From Vulcanimicrobiota bacterium (GTDB lineage Bacteria > Vulcanimicrobiota > Vulcanimicrobiia > Vulcanimicrobiales > Vulcanimicrobiaceae): DNA of 17,638 nt. Where the stretch lies: NCBI GenBank assembly GCA_003133025.1, contig PKZK01000004.1, positions 6,693-24,330 of the forward strand, read 5' to 3'. A program made the translations under genes and the position numbers. Below the pieces are notes generated by a model, which worked only from the letters and a program-made list of their open reading frames with translations, was not told where the DNA came from and did not search any database. Below are positions 1 to 7,195 of the stretch, piece by piece; the stretch's first letter is position 1, and every line of letters begins with the position of its first letter.

Positions 1-287
1 TTGCAAAGACGTTGACCAAGGCGATTGCGATCTTCGACGCCGGGGTGGCGGACGCGCTCGCGTTTCTTCGCTTTCCACTCGAGCATCATCGCAAGATCGC
101 CACGACCAACCCGATCGAGCACCTCAACAAGGAAATCCGCCGGCGAACGCGCTCGATCGGCATCTTTCCCTCACGAGAGTCCGCCCTGCGCCTGGTGACG
201 ATGATTCTGATCGAACAGAGCGAAGAATGGATGGTTGAACGAAGGTACATGACACCTGAGAGCCTGGAACTGGTTCTCCAAGCCTAA
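1..287 (+). CDS. IS256 (Mutator) family transposase, C-terminal part (5' truncated by window edge)
   Basis: Frame is open from the window start to TAA at 285-287. It contains TTNPIEHLNKEIRRRTRSIGIFP, the IS256-family 'TTN.IE..N.E.RRR......FP' motif carrying the catalytic Glu. Confidence 0.93.
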   Translation, partial: AKTLTKAIAIFDAGVADALAFLRFPLEHHRKIATTNPIEHLNKEIRRRTRSIGIFPSRESALRLVTMILIEQSEEWMVERRYMTPESLELVLQA

Positions 288-333
288 CTTGCAAACGCGA
301 TCGTCGAAGTTACACACAAATCCGGACGCAGTC
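1..333 (+). mobile_element. Right end of IS256-family insertion sequence; IRR approx. 307-333
   Basis: Reverse complement of 307-333 is GACTGCGTCCGGATTTGTGTGTAACTT. This fits the IS256-type terminal pattern GA-N4-GTCCG-N6-TGTGTAA and lies just after the transposase stop. Confidence 0.8.
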
Positions 334-410
334 GACGCGAGTCTTCGCGACTCGTGGCGGAATCCTTAGAACGTTCGAGGAGATGTTGACTGGCCGCGGC
401 CCTTCGAGTT

Positions 411-458
411 TGGCGCGGACCCGGTCAAACGGTTGACATAAGCTGACGTCGAAATCCC
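411..458 (+). repeat. IS3-family left inverted repeat (IRL)
   Basis: TGGCG-CGGACCCGG-TCAAACG-GTTGACAT-AAGCTGACGTC-GAAATCCC; matches the reverse complement of 1734-1779 blockwise. Confidence 0.82.
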
Positions 459-474
459 CCATCAACGGGGGGAT
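454..474 (+). promoter_or_regulatory. Hairpin sequestering the orfA ribosome-binding site
   Basis: ATCCCCC (454-460) pairs with GGGGGAT (468-474), which contains the SD-like GGGGGA just upstream of the TTG start at 480. Confidence 0.5.
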
Positions 475-479
475 CTAAC

Positions 480-851
480 TTGAGTGAATCCAGTAAGGAT
501 CTAGACGACGAAGTGCGCCGTGGGCGCCCTGGTCGGCGGAGCGGTAAGGAGCGCACCGAAGCGGTGCTGGCGCTGCTCGCCGGCAAGAAGAGCGTCGACG
601 CGTTGGCCAAGCAGTTTGGCGTGAGCATCGCGACGATCGAATCGTGGCGTGCCACGGCGCTGGAGGGTATTGAGGCCTCGATGCGCAGAGGCGAGGGTCC
701 GTCGGCCCGAGAGCGGATGCTCGAGCGCGAGGTCGATTCCCTCAAAGAGGCGCTGACCGATACGAGCATCCAGTTGGCCCTGATCAAGCAAGCCATCAAG
801 AATCGGGAGAACGGCGCCCGCCCTTCTCAGCCGCCGAAGTCGTCACGTTGA
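480..851 (+). CDS. IS3-family transposase OrfA (HTH + coiled coil)
   Basis: 123 aa, TTG start. HTH-like SVDALAKQFGVSIATIESWR is followed by leucine-zipper-like LEREVDSLKEALTD. The stop overlaps the orfB start (TTGA, 848-851). Confidence 0.88.
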   Translation: MSESSKDLDDEVRRGRPGRRSGKERTEAVLALLAGKKSVDALAKQFGVSIATIESWRATALEGIEASMRRGEGPSARERMLEREVDSLKEALTDTSIQLALIKQAIKNRENGARPSQPPKSSR

Positions 852-884
852 GCTTGCGGACTTCGGCGGGGATCGCGCAAGTTC
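806..884 (+). promoter_or_regulatory. Candidate -1 programmed ribosomal frameshift cassette (internal SD, C_CCT site, pseudoknot)
   Basis: GGAG at 806-809; C_CCT at 821-824; 6-nt spacer; stem1 831-841/859-869 (11 perfect bp); stem2 850-858/876-884 (9 bp, one G-U). Confidence 0.65.
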
Positions 885-1729
885 GCCATCTTAGCCTAGC
901 CTTCGATCTCTCGCCGGCAGCACTCTACAAGGCCGCCAATGCAACGACTGAGGTCAAAGCTGTGCGGTCGACCCAGAGCAATGCTGCTTTCGTCAAGGAC
1001 GACGTGTTGCTGGCCAAGATCAAGGAATTGACGGCCAAGCATCCCGGCTTGGGCTATCGGAAGATCTGGGCGCTTCTGCGGCGTGCCGATACGCGCGTAG
1101 CCCGTCGGCGTGTCTGGGCGATGATGCACGCTGCGGGCCTCACATTCCAGCCCAACGCACGCCGCAGCGAGCCGCGCCGCGGAACGGTCGTTACCGAGTT
1201 ACCCAATCGCCGCTGGAGTTCAGATATGACTACGACGTGGACGCGCAAGGACGGCTGGGTAGCCATCACGCCTGTCATAGACAATGGCTGCCGTTCGCTC
1301 TTCCCGATCGGAGTCTCCAAGGCGCAAGACGCGACGGCGATCCTATCGCCGACTCGCGGTGCCCTCGAAGAGGCCTTTGTATCGCCGGAATTCGTACCCG
1401 ACGACTTGGAATACCGCACCGACCACGGGTCGGTCTTCACGGGCAGCGATTGCGCCACTCTCTGCGCCACCTGGCGGCTCGATCACACGTTCTCACCCGT
1501 GGGCCGGCCGACGGGCAACGCCGTCGCGGAGCGCATCATTCAGACCATGAAGATCGAGCTACTCTGGACGCGCGACTGGGAAGACATCGAGGAGCTCAGA
1601 ACAGCGCTCGAGGAGTGGCGCAAGTTCTACAACTACGAGCGCCCGCACGAATCACTCGACTGGCAGACACCGGCCGAGCGCCGTGCACAACATATCGCAG
1701 GATACCGAGCGCTGCCGGTAGCAGCGTAA
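848..1729 (+). CDS. IS3-family transposase OrfB (integrase-core DDE domain)
   Basis: Motifs GYRKIWALL, WSSDMT (D1), TDHGSVF (D2), NAVAERIIQTMKIE (E) and YNYERPHESL. The frame is open upstream past the candidate slip site, allowing an OrfAB fusion of about 416 aa. Confidence 0.93.
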   Translation: MSLRTSAGIAQVRHLSLAFDLSPAALYKAANATTEVKAVRSTQSNAAFVKDDVLLAKIKELTAKHPGLGYRKIWALLRRADTRVARRRVWAMMHAAGLTFQPNARRSEPRRGTVVTELPNRRWSSDMTTTWTRKDGWVAITPVIDNGCRSLFPIGVSKAQDATAILSPTRGALEEAFVSPEFVPDDLEYRTDHGSVFTGSDCATLCATWRLDHTFSPVGRPTGNAVAERIIQTMKIELLWTRDWEDIEELRTALEEWRKFYNYERPHESLDWQTPAERRAQHIAGYRALPVAA

Positions 1730-1733
1730 CAAC

Positions 1734-1779
1734 GGGATTTCACGCGGCGATCATGTCAACTGACCCCGGGTCCGGAGCA
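1734..1779 (-). repeat. IS3-family right inverted repeat (IRR)
   Basis: Reverse complement reads TGCTC-CGGACCCGG-GGTCA-GTTGACAT-GATCGCCGCGT-GAAATCCC; starts just after the orfB stop. Confidence 0.82.
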
Positions 1780-1831
1780 GACAAGAGCAAGGAACGACCT
1801 TAGCGTGGCCCGTTTCATTGAATCCTCGCTC

Positions 1832-2437
1832 TTATGACTTGTAGCAAGGTGTAAGGAATAGCGTATCCGCCGATGGCCACGCGAAACTCTCTTGAAAGGG
1901 CGAAGTAAATGTCAGAGAGTCATTCATCGGCGTTCCAACCGGCAACTCGAAAAGAACCGCGTATTGCTGATCTTGATCAAGTAGAAAAGCCGTGTACGAC
2001 GTTGTGCTGACAAATTGATTCGACTTTATGGTGACTGTGGAGTTCGAGCCCAGAAATTGAGCTTTTGCAATCGGAGCCGTGATCTGAATGCCGACGCCAG
2101 ATGTTGAATATCCCTGCTGGTTCGGGCATGGACCTCCACCGCGCCCAGTGCCTCCGTCTAATACGAAATGACTTTTCTTCAAGCAGTCGTTCGAACCGTA
2201 ACCAATGAGGCCGGATAGCCTGCCACCGAGGCCAGGTATCTTCAATATACCTCCAGACGACACACAGGATTCCTTCGACTGCCGTATCGCCGGCTCCTCT
2301 TGTGTCGAGACAAACGCGACAGATCTGCTCGCCAGCTGCTCCTGCGAGTACCCCTGCAATAGGGACGCCGGGCTGTTCGAGCAACCCTGCGCGAGAGCGA
2401 CAGCGGCTATCGCCAATAGCGAAACCCATCTTTGCAT
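1832..2437 (-). CDS. Hypothetical lipoprotein (~201 aa)
   Basis: ATG at 2437 with GGAGG 9 nt upstream, preferred over the ORF-track start at 2464. Signal peptide MQRWVSLLAIAAVALAQG-C with lipobox; four further Cys. Lower GC than the core genes. No family recognised. Confidence 0.75.
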   Translation of the reverse strand: MQRWVSLLAIAAVALAQGCSNSPASLLQGYSQEQLASRSVAFVSTQEEPAIRQSKESCVSSGGILKIPGLGGRLSGLIGYGSNDCLKKSHFVLDGGTGRGGGPCPNQQGYSTSGVGIQITAPIAKAQFLGSNSTVTIKSNQFVSTTSYTAFLLDQDQQYAVLFELPVGTPMNDSLTFTSPFQESFAWPSADTLFLTPCYKS

Positions 2438-2453
2438 TCGTGAGATCCTCCGT

Positions 2454-2696
2454 TTACGAGACAATTTCGTACGGTCTCATGCTGGTCGGATCCGCGCCAA
2501 AGTCGATGATGCTAAAACAAGGCCGACCAAGTCCAAAAGACAGAGCCGGCAACCCTTGTGCCGCAATCGGATGGAAAAGCCGGGTAAGAGCCGATGACTG
2601 ACCAAGCTCTAGAAAGACGGTCAGGCTCACGAGAGCGATGAATAATTGGCGCAGATTCACGTAGCGCAACCCGCAAACCATAAATCTGATACGCAC
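2454..2696 (-). pseudogene. Possible remnant of a secreted beta-helix (pectate-lyase-3/GH55-like) protein
   Basis: 80-aa ORF with a hydrophobic signal-like stretch and SIIDFGADPTS, resembling the N-terminal 'V.DFGA.(G/P).G..D' motif; it stops a few codons later. Weak evidence. Confidence 0.25.
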
Positions 2697-3010
2697 AGAA
2701 TAGAAGCCTCGACGGGTCGTCCGGCTCTTGAGTCTTGCTTATCCTTGGAGAAATGCGACACCAACCACCTACCTACACAGGCTCTGGTCTGGTTACGGCA
2801 AGGCCGAGAGGTTAAGACTCGCCCCCGCTATTCGTTTCGCGAAAGAATGGGAATTTTGAGGCCTTCAAGCAAGGGCGCTTTTCGTCCTTCCGATTCTTTA
2901 AGATAATGTAAGCCACTGTGCCCTCCGTGGCTCGTCCGAAGCGCTCGCCCACCCGATGCCCAAGACTCTGCTGCCCGACGCCCATTTCGCGGTAAATGTA
3001 TAAACCCGAG

Positions 3011-3850
3011 TCAAACATCCCGGGTCCGGAACGACGCAACGCCGGCCCAGGCGACCAGCAATACCCACACCACGCACCACGCAAGAAACGCCTCCGGTGG
3101 TGGACCGAGCACCGCAAAAGGCCCTGCGCTGCCCGCTCCGTTGACTCCGGCAGCGCGCATCGCGACGGGTTCGAGGCCGAAGAGCGCGCCGCGCCAGAGA
3201 CCGTCGCTCGGGAAGAGCAAACCGGCGGCGAGCGTGCCTTGCGCGACGCCATCATTGCCCAAGCTGCTCGAGATCAGGTGCGCGATGCCGTCGATCCACG
3301 CCGCGCCGTAGAACACGACCGTCACGATCGCCGCCGTCAGCGGCGCGAGTCGCACCGAGAGCGTCATCGCGCAGGTCACCACCAGCGCAACGATCGCCAG
3401 GAAGAATGCGAGCGAGAAGAGAGGCTGCGGCGCGACATAGCCCGTCGTTATGCGCACGATTACCGCTTCCAGCCCGATCGCGCAGGTGCCGTAGATCGCA
3501 ACGACGCCGAACGCGCCGAGCCACTTGCCAGCCAGCAATTCGATGCGATACAGCGGGCGGGGAATGATCGACAGCAGCGTGCCGTTCTCGAGTTCGGTGC
3601 CGAGCGCGGTCGCGCCGATCAACGCCGCGCCGAGCGCGAGCACCGTGACGAACATGAATGCCATCAGGATCACGATGCCCGACACCGCGCCCGCGAGCTG
3701 TAGGCTCGAGCGGCCGAACTGTTCCGCAAGCTTCACGAAGGCCCAACCCGTCAAGCCGATGCCGGCGAGCGTCAATCCGGCGGCGGCCAAGGCCAAGCGC
3801 CGGCGCACCGCCTCCAGGATGACGAGCCTAGCGATCAGCAGCGTCGGCAT
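3011..3850 (-). CDS. ABC-2 type exporter permease
   Basis: 279 aa with about six hydrophobic segments and the ABC-2 signature ELENGTLLSIIPRPLYRIELLAGKWLG; C-terminal FRTRDV. Overlaps the ATPase gene end. Confidence 0.92.
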   Translation of the reverse strand: MPTLLIARLVILEAVRRRLALAAAGLTLAGIGLTGWAFVKLAEQFGRSSLQLAGAVSGIVILMAFMFVTVLALGAALIGATALGTELENGTLLSIIPRPLYRIELLAGKWLGAFGVVAIYGTCAIGLEAVIVRITTGYVAPQPLFSLAFFLAIVALVVTCAMTLSVRLAPLTAAIVTVVFYGAAWIDGIAHLISSSLGNDGVAQGTLAAGLLFPSDGLWRGALFGLEPVAMRAAGVNGAGSAGPFAVLGPPPEAFLAWCVVWVLLVAWAGVASFRTRDV

Positions 3851-4766
3851 CGCCGGCTCCGATCAGATTGAGGAAGCGCTCTTCGAGCGAACCGCGCACC
3901 GGCTCGACGGCCGCTACGCGCGCGCCGCAGCGCACGAGCCTCGCGACCAAATCGGGAACGTCGGCTTCCGCAATCGAGCGCAGCACGAAGGTCCGCGGCC
4001 CCTCCGCTTCGGCGGCGTATCTGACCAGCGCGTCGAGCGCGCCGTCGACCGGGACCTGCGCGAACGTGATGCGCACTTCGAAGGCGCCGAGGATCTCGGC
4101 CATCGTGCCGCTGGCCACGATGCGTCCCTTATCGAGAATGGCCAACCGGTCGCAGACCGCTTCCACCTCGCTGAGCAGATGCGAATTGAGAAACACCGTC
4201 GCGCCGCGGTCGCGCGCGGCGCAGACGATGGCGCGCACGTCGGCGCGTCCCACGGGATCGAGCGCTGAAGTCGGCTCGTCGAGGATCAGCAACTCGGGGT
4301 CGCCGATCAGCGCGACGCCGAGCCCGAGCCGTTGCTGCATGCCCTTCGAGAACGTACCGACCTTGGCGCGTTCGCGCCCGGCCAACCCGACGACCTCGAG
4401 CACGCGCGCGATCTCGCCCTTCTGCAAACGCCCCGGCATGCCCAAAAGGCCCGCGTGGAAAGCGAGCACTTCGGGCGCCGTCAACCAATCTTGATAGCGA
4501 AATAGCTCGGGTAGATAGCCGATGCGCCGCCTCGCCTCGATCGCGCCGAGTGGCTGGCCGAGGATGGCACCGTAGCCCGAGGTCGCATGCGTGAGGCCGA
4601 GTAAGATTTTGACCGACGTCGTTTTGCCCGCGCCGTTGGGGCCCAAGAAGCCGAAGATTTCACCGCGCTCGACGGTGAGCGAGAGATCGCGCAACGCGAG
4701 CACGGTGCCATACTTCTTGGCGACGTCCCGCGTTTCGATCGCGGGACGTCGCTCGGCTTCGTTCAT
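3828..4766 (-). CDS. ABC transporter ATP-binding protein (312 aa)
   Basis: Start MNEAERR at 4766 (ATGA overlap with the anti-sigma stop). Walker A GPNGAGKTT, signature FSKGMQQR, Walker B LLILDEPT, H-loop SHLL. The extra N-terminal part of the 605-aa track ORF is a shadow extension. Confidence 0.95.
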   Translation of the reverse strand: MNEAERRPAIETRDVAKKYGTVLALRDLSLTVERGEIFGFLGPNGAGKTTSVKILLGLTHATSGYGAILGQPLGAIEARRRIGYLPELFRYQDWLTAPEVLAFHAGLLGMPGRLQKGEIARVLEVVGLAGRERAKVGTFSKGMQQRLGLGVALIGDPELLILDEPTSALDPVGRADVRAIVCAARDRGATVFLNSHLLSEVEAVCDRLAILDKGRIVASGTMAEILGAFEVRITFAQVPVDGALDALVRYAAEAEGPRTFVLRSIAEADVPDLVARLVRCGARVAAVEPVRGSLEERFLNLIGAGDADAADR

Positions 4767-5920
4767 CGAGTCAGGGAGTTCGCCACCGCCAGCAGTTCGC
4801 TCTCCCGCAGCGGGCCTACGACGCCGTAGACCATGCCCGCACGTTCCCAGACCACGACCGAACCCACCCCGGTCTCGTCGCCCACCACGAGTGCCGGGGA
4901 ACCGCCGACCGAGACGGTTTGGGCGAGCGCCTTGTCGACCGGAATCGGAATCGGCAACGTGGTCGAGGGATCGCCGATCGCTCTGATCTGCGCGGCGAGG
5001 CTGGGCGAGATGCCCGGCTGTGCCAGCAGATAGTCGACGATGTCGCGCACCGAGGCGCCCGTCGAGTAGATGCGCGGCGCCTGCGACTGGAAGATCGCGA
5101 GACCGCTCATGCCGGAGTTCACGCGATGCGTTCCGCCATGATGGAACATGTGCAGTCCGTGGGCGCCTCCGCTTCCATACGTCGTGATGACGGTCGGGGC
5201 GAACGTCGCGTACAATGTCGAGCCGTCGAGGTTGGCGGGCATCGGCGGCAACACCGCGTTCTTGCTTTGCGCAGCCGCGCGCGCCTTGGCCGCGCTGAAC
5301 GTGAAGGCGCCCGTCTTTGGCGCCAGCACCGTGTACGTCGGCGTGTCTGGAATGCCCGTGGGCAGATAGCGCGGATGCAGCACGGCCTGACGCGACACGC
5401 GCATCGCATCGAAAACGTTGGAGAACGTCTGCGGCGCCACGTCCTTGGCGCCCGTCTCCTGTACGTTGCCGAACGAACTCAAGTTGGGAAAACCGTTGAG
5501 CGCTTCCATATCCGACTTCGTGATCGCGATCGGCTGGAAGCTGTGCGGTTCGAAGATCGCTAGGAAGTTCGCGGCGGTGCTGCGCACCGGCGCCAGCGAG
5601 AGGCTCAGGCCGAGAACGACGGCCGCAGCGGCCGCGGTCAACCATCCCGCGCGCGGGGCGAGCGAGAATCGCGACCGTGCCGGCGAGACGGCGAAGAGTT
5701 GGTTCGACGCACGGGCTGCCACGGCGCGCCGGGCGGCTTCGATATCGAGGCTCGCCGGGGGCAACGTCAGCGCGCGTTCGGCGAAGTTCGCGTTGCCCGC
5801 AATCTCTTCGCGCACGGCGCGACAGGCCGCGCAGTTCAGCAAATGTTCTTTTTCGGCGCTCGAGAGGGCGTCGGGTTCGTCGCGATGGCGACGCAGCAGT
5901 TCAGCGGAGGGATGGGTCAT
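4763..5920 (-). CDS. Membrane-anchored zinc-binding (ZAS) anti-sigma factor
   Basis: N-terminal H...HLLNCAAC (HxxxCxxC), one TM segment (WLTAAAAAVVLGLSLSL) and a large extracytoplasmic domain. Lies directly downstream of, and overlaps, an ECF sigma gene. Confidence 0.85.
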   Translation of the reverse strand: MTHPSAELLRRHRDEPDALSSAEKEHLLNCAACRAVREEIAGNANFAERALTLPPASLDIEAARRAVAARASNQLFAVSPARSRFSLAPRAGWLTAAAAAVVLGLSLSLAPVRSTAANFLAIFEPHSFQPIAITKSDMEALNGFPNLSSFGNVQETGAKDVAPQTFSNVFDAMRVSRQAVLHPRYLPTGIPDTPTYTVLAPKTGAFTFSAAKARAAAQSKNAVLPPMPANLDGSTLYATFAPTVITTYGSGGAHGLHMFHHGGTHRVNSGMSGLAIFQSQAPRIYSTGASVRDIVDYLLAQPGISPSLAAQIRAIGDPSTTLPIPIPVDKALAQTVSVGGSPALVVGDETGVGSVVVWERAGMVYGVVGPLRESELLAVANSLTR

Positions 5921-6416
5921 CGGAGAGTTCCTTTCGAAGCGCCGCCTCGGCTCGTATCAAGAGCGTCCCGATGGCGTTGGTCGTGACGCCCATGACGTCG
6001 GCGAGTTCTTTGTAGGTGAGCCCGGCGGCGCGCAGGCCGAGCACGGTGGCGTAGCGTTCGGGTAAACCGGCGAGCGCGGCACGCACGGTTTCGCTCAGTT
6101 CCAGACGCTCGACCGCGCGCTGCGGTTCGAGCGGGCCGCACGAGGTCGGCGCTTCCAATGCGACATGGCGCCGTTCGCGAGCGCCGCGCCGTTGGCCCGA
6201 GCGCAGATGCGAGAGCGCACGGTGCACCGTGGCGCGGTGCAGCCACGAGCGAGCGTGCGCGCGATCGCCGATCGGATTGCGCGCGAACGTCGCAAAGACG
6301 TCTTGCGCTACGTCCTCGGCATCGGCCCCGACGAATCGCCGCGCGATGGCGACGAGTCGCGGGTACTCCATAACGAACAGGTCGTCGAAGGGCCCGGAGG
6401 CCGCGTTTGCGAGCAT
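5901..6416 (-). CDS. ECF-family RNA polymerase sigma factor (171 aa)
   Basis: Region 2 (AEDVAQDVF...SWLHRAT) and region 4 (LPERYATVLGLRAAGLTYKELADVMGVTTNAIGTLLIRA). ATG at 6416 chosen because the track start at 6539 overlaps the upstream gene. Confidence 0.92.
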   Translation of the reverse strand: MLANAASGPFDDLFVMEYPRLVAIARRFVGADAEDVAQDVFATFARNPIGDRAHARSWLHRATVHRALSHLRSGQRRGARERRHVALEAPTSCGPLEPQRAVERLELSETVRAALAGLPERYATVLGLRAAGLTYKELADVMGVTTNAIGTLLIRAEAALRKELSDDPSLR

Positions 6417-6426
6417 CTGTCCGTTG

Positions 6427-6453
6427 TACGCCGGAGCGGCCGGCTTTATTTCG
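6427..6453 (-). promoter_or_regulatory. Candidate autoregulatory ECF promoter
   Basis: Minus strand reads CGAAAT-N17-CGTA, with CGTA ending 10 nt before the sigma ATG. Resembles the SigW/SigM-type TGAAAC-N16/17-CGT(A/C). Confidence 0.45.
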
Positions 6454-7195
6454 CCGGTTCGGCGCACGCGGCCGCCACCAGCCCGGCGAAGAGCCTTGCG
6501 CTGACCTCGTCGCTCTCGGGCAAGGCTTCGGGGTGCCACTGCACCGCCACGAAGTACGGATGCTCGAAGGTCGCATCGAGCGCCTCGACGATCCCGTCCG
6601 GCGTCGTCCCGGCGACCGTGAAGCCGGGCGCAACCCGGTCCACCGCCTGATGGTGCATCGAGTTGCTTGCGAATTCAGTCCGCCCGAGCAACCGCGCGAG
6701 TTTGCTCTCCGGGCGCAAACGCACGACGTGACCCGGCGCGTACTCCTCGCGATTGAGCGCGTAGACCGCGACTTGGCTGTGTTCGATCGCCGCGCCGGAC
6801 CCGAGCACGTCGGGCACGTGCTGCACGAGCGTGCCGCCGAAGGCAACGTTGGCGACTTGCAAGCCGCGGCAGATGCAGAGTACGGGCACGCGGCGCTCGC
6901 GGGCCGCACGCACGAGCGCGATTTCGAATGCATCGCGCGCGGGATTCGGCGGTTCGGTCTCCGCGTGCCGGACCGCACCGTAATGCACCGGATCCACGTC
7001 GCCGCCCCCGCTGAGCACGAGCGCATCGCATTCCGCGAGCACCGCATCGACGCTCGCGACGTCGTTGGCAGGCACGCGCACCTCGCCACCCGCGCGTTCG
7101 ACGGCACGAACATACGGCGCCACGTTCTTATGCCACGCACCGTCGGGTCCGTGCGCCGTGCGTGTGGTGATGCCGACGACCGGCTTCTCGCTCAC
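6446..7195 (-). CDS. Class I glutamine-amidotransferase-like gamma-glutamyl hydrolase (Peptidase C26 / PuuD-like)
   Basis: KPVVGIT, LSGGGDVDP..YG, RDAFE, nucleophile elbow LCICRGLQ, NSMHHQAV and VQWHPE (Cys-His-Glu triad). GTG start overlaps the egtD stop (GTGA). Confidence 0.92.
   Translation of the reverse strand: MSEKPVVGITTRTAHGPDGAWHKNVAPYVRAVERAGGEVRVPANDVASVDAVLAECDALVLSGGGDVDPVHYGAVRHAETEPPNPARDAFEIALVRAARERRVPVLCICRGLQVANVAFGGTLVQHVPDVLGSGAAIEHSQVAVYALNREEYAPGHVVRLRPESKLARLLGRTEFASNSMHHQAVDRVAPGFTVAGTTPDGIVEALDATFEHPYFVAVQWHPEALPESDEVSARLFAGLVAAACAEPAK

Larger units (their letters stand above)
411..1779 (+). mobile_element. IS3-family insertion sequence, ~1369 bp
   Basis: Begins TG (411) and ends CA (1779). 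IRL and the reverse complement of IRR share the blocks CGGACCCGG, GTTGACAT and GAAATCCC, with a 2-nt indel. Encloses orfA (HTH) and orfB (DDE) in -1 relative frame. No target duplication is visible (flanks ...AGTT / GACA...). Confidence 0.88.

Noticed and set aside
433..438. Perfect TTGACA in IRL (also in IRR at 1754-1759) as a -35 promoter box
   Set aside because: Neither copy has a credible -10 hexamer at 16-18 nt. It is more simply part of the conserved transposase-binding IR block.
2755..2835. Intact tRNA gene
   Set aside because: The anticodon and D arms do not pair, the T-loop lacks TTCRA and there is no CCA. It is kept only as a weak att-scar hypothesis.
3828..5645. 605-aa ABC ATPase with a long N-terminal domain
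   Set aside because: The extension overlaps the anti-sigma gene in another frame. The ATGA coupling at 4763-4766 gives the natural start.
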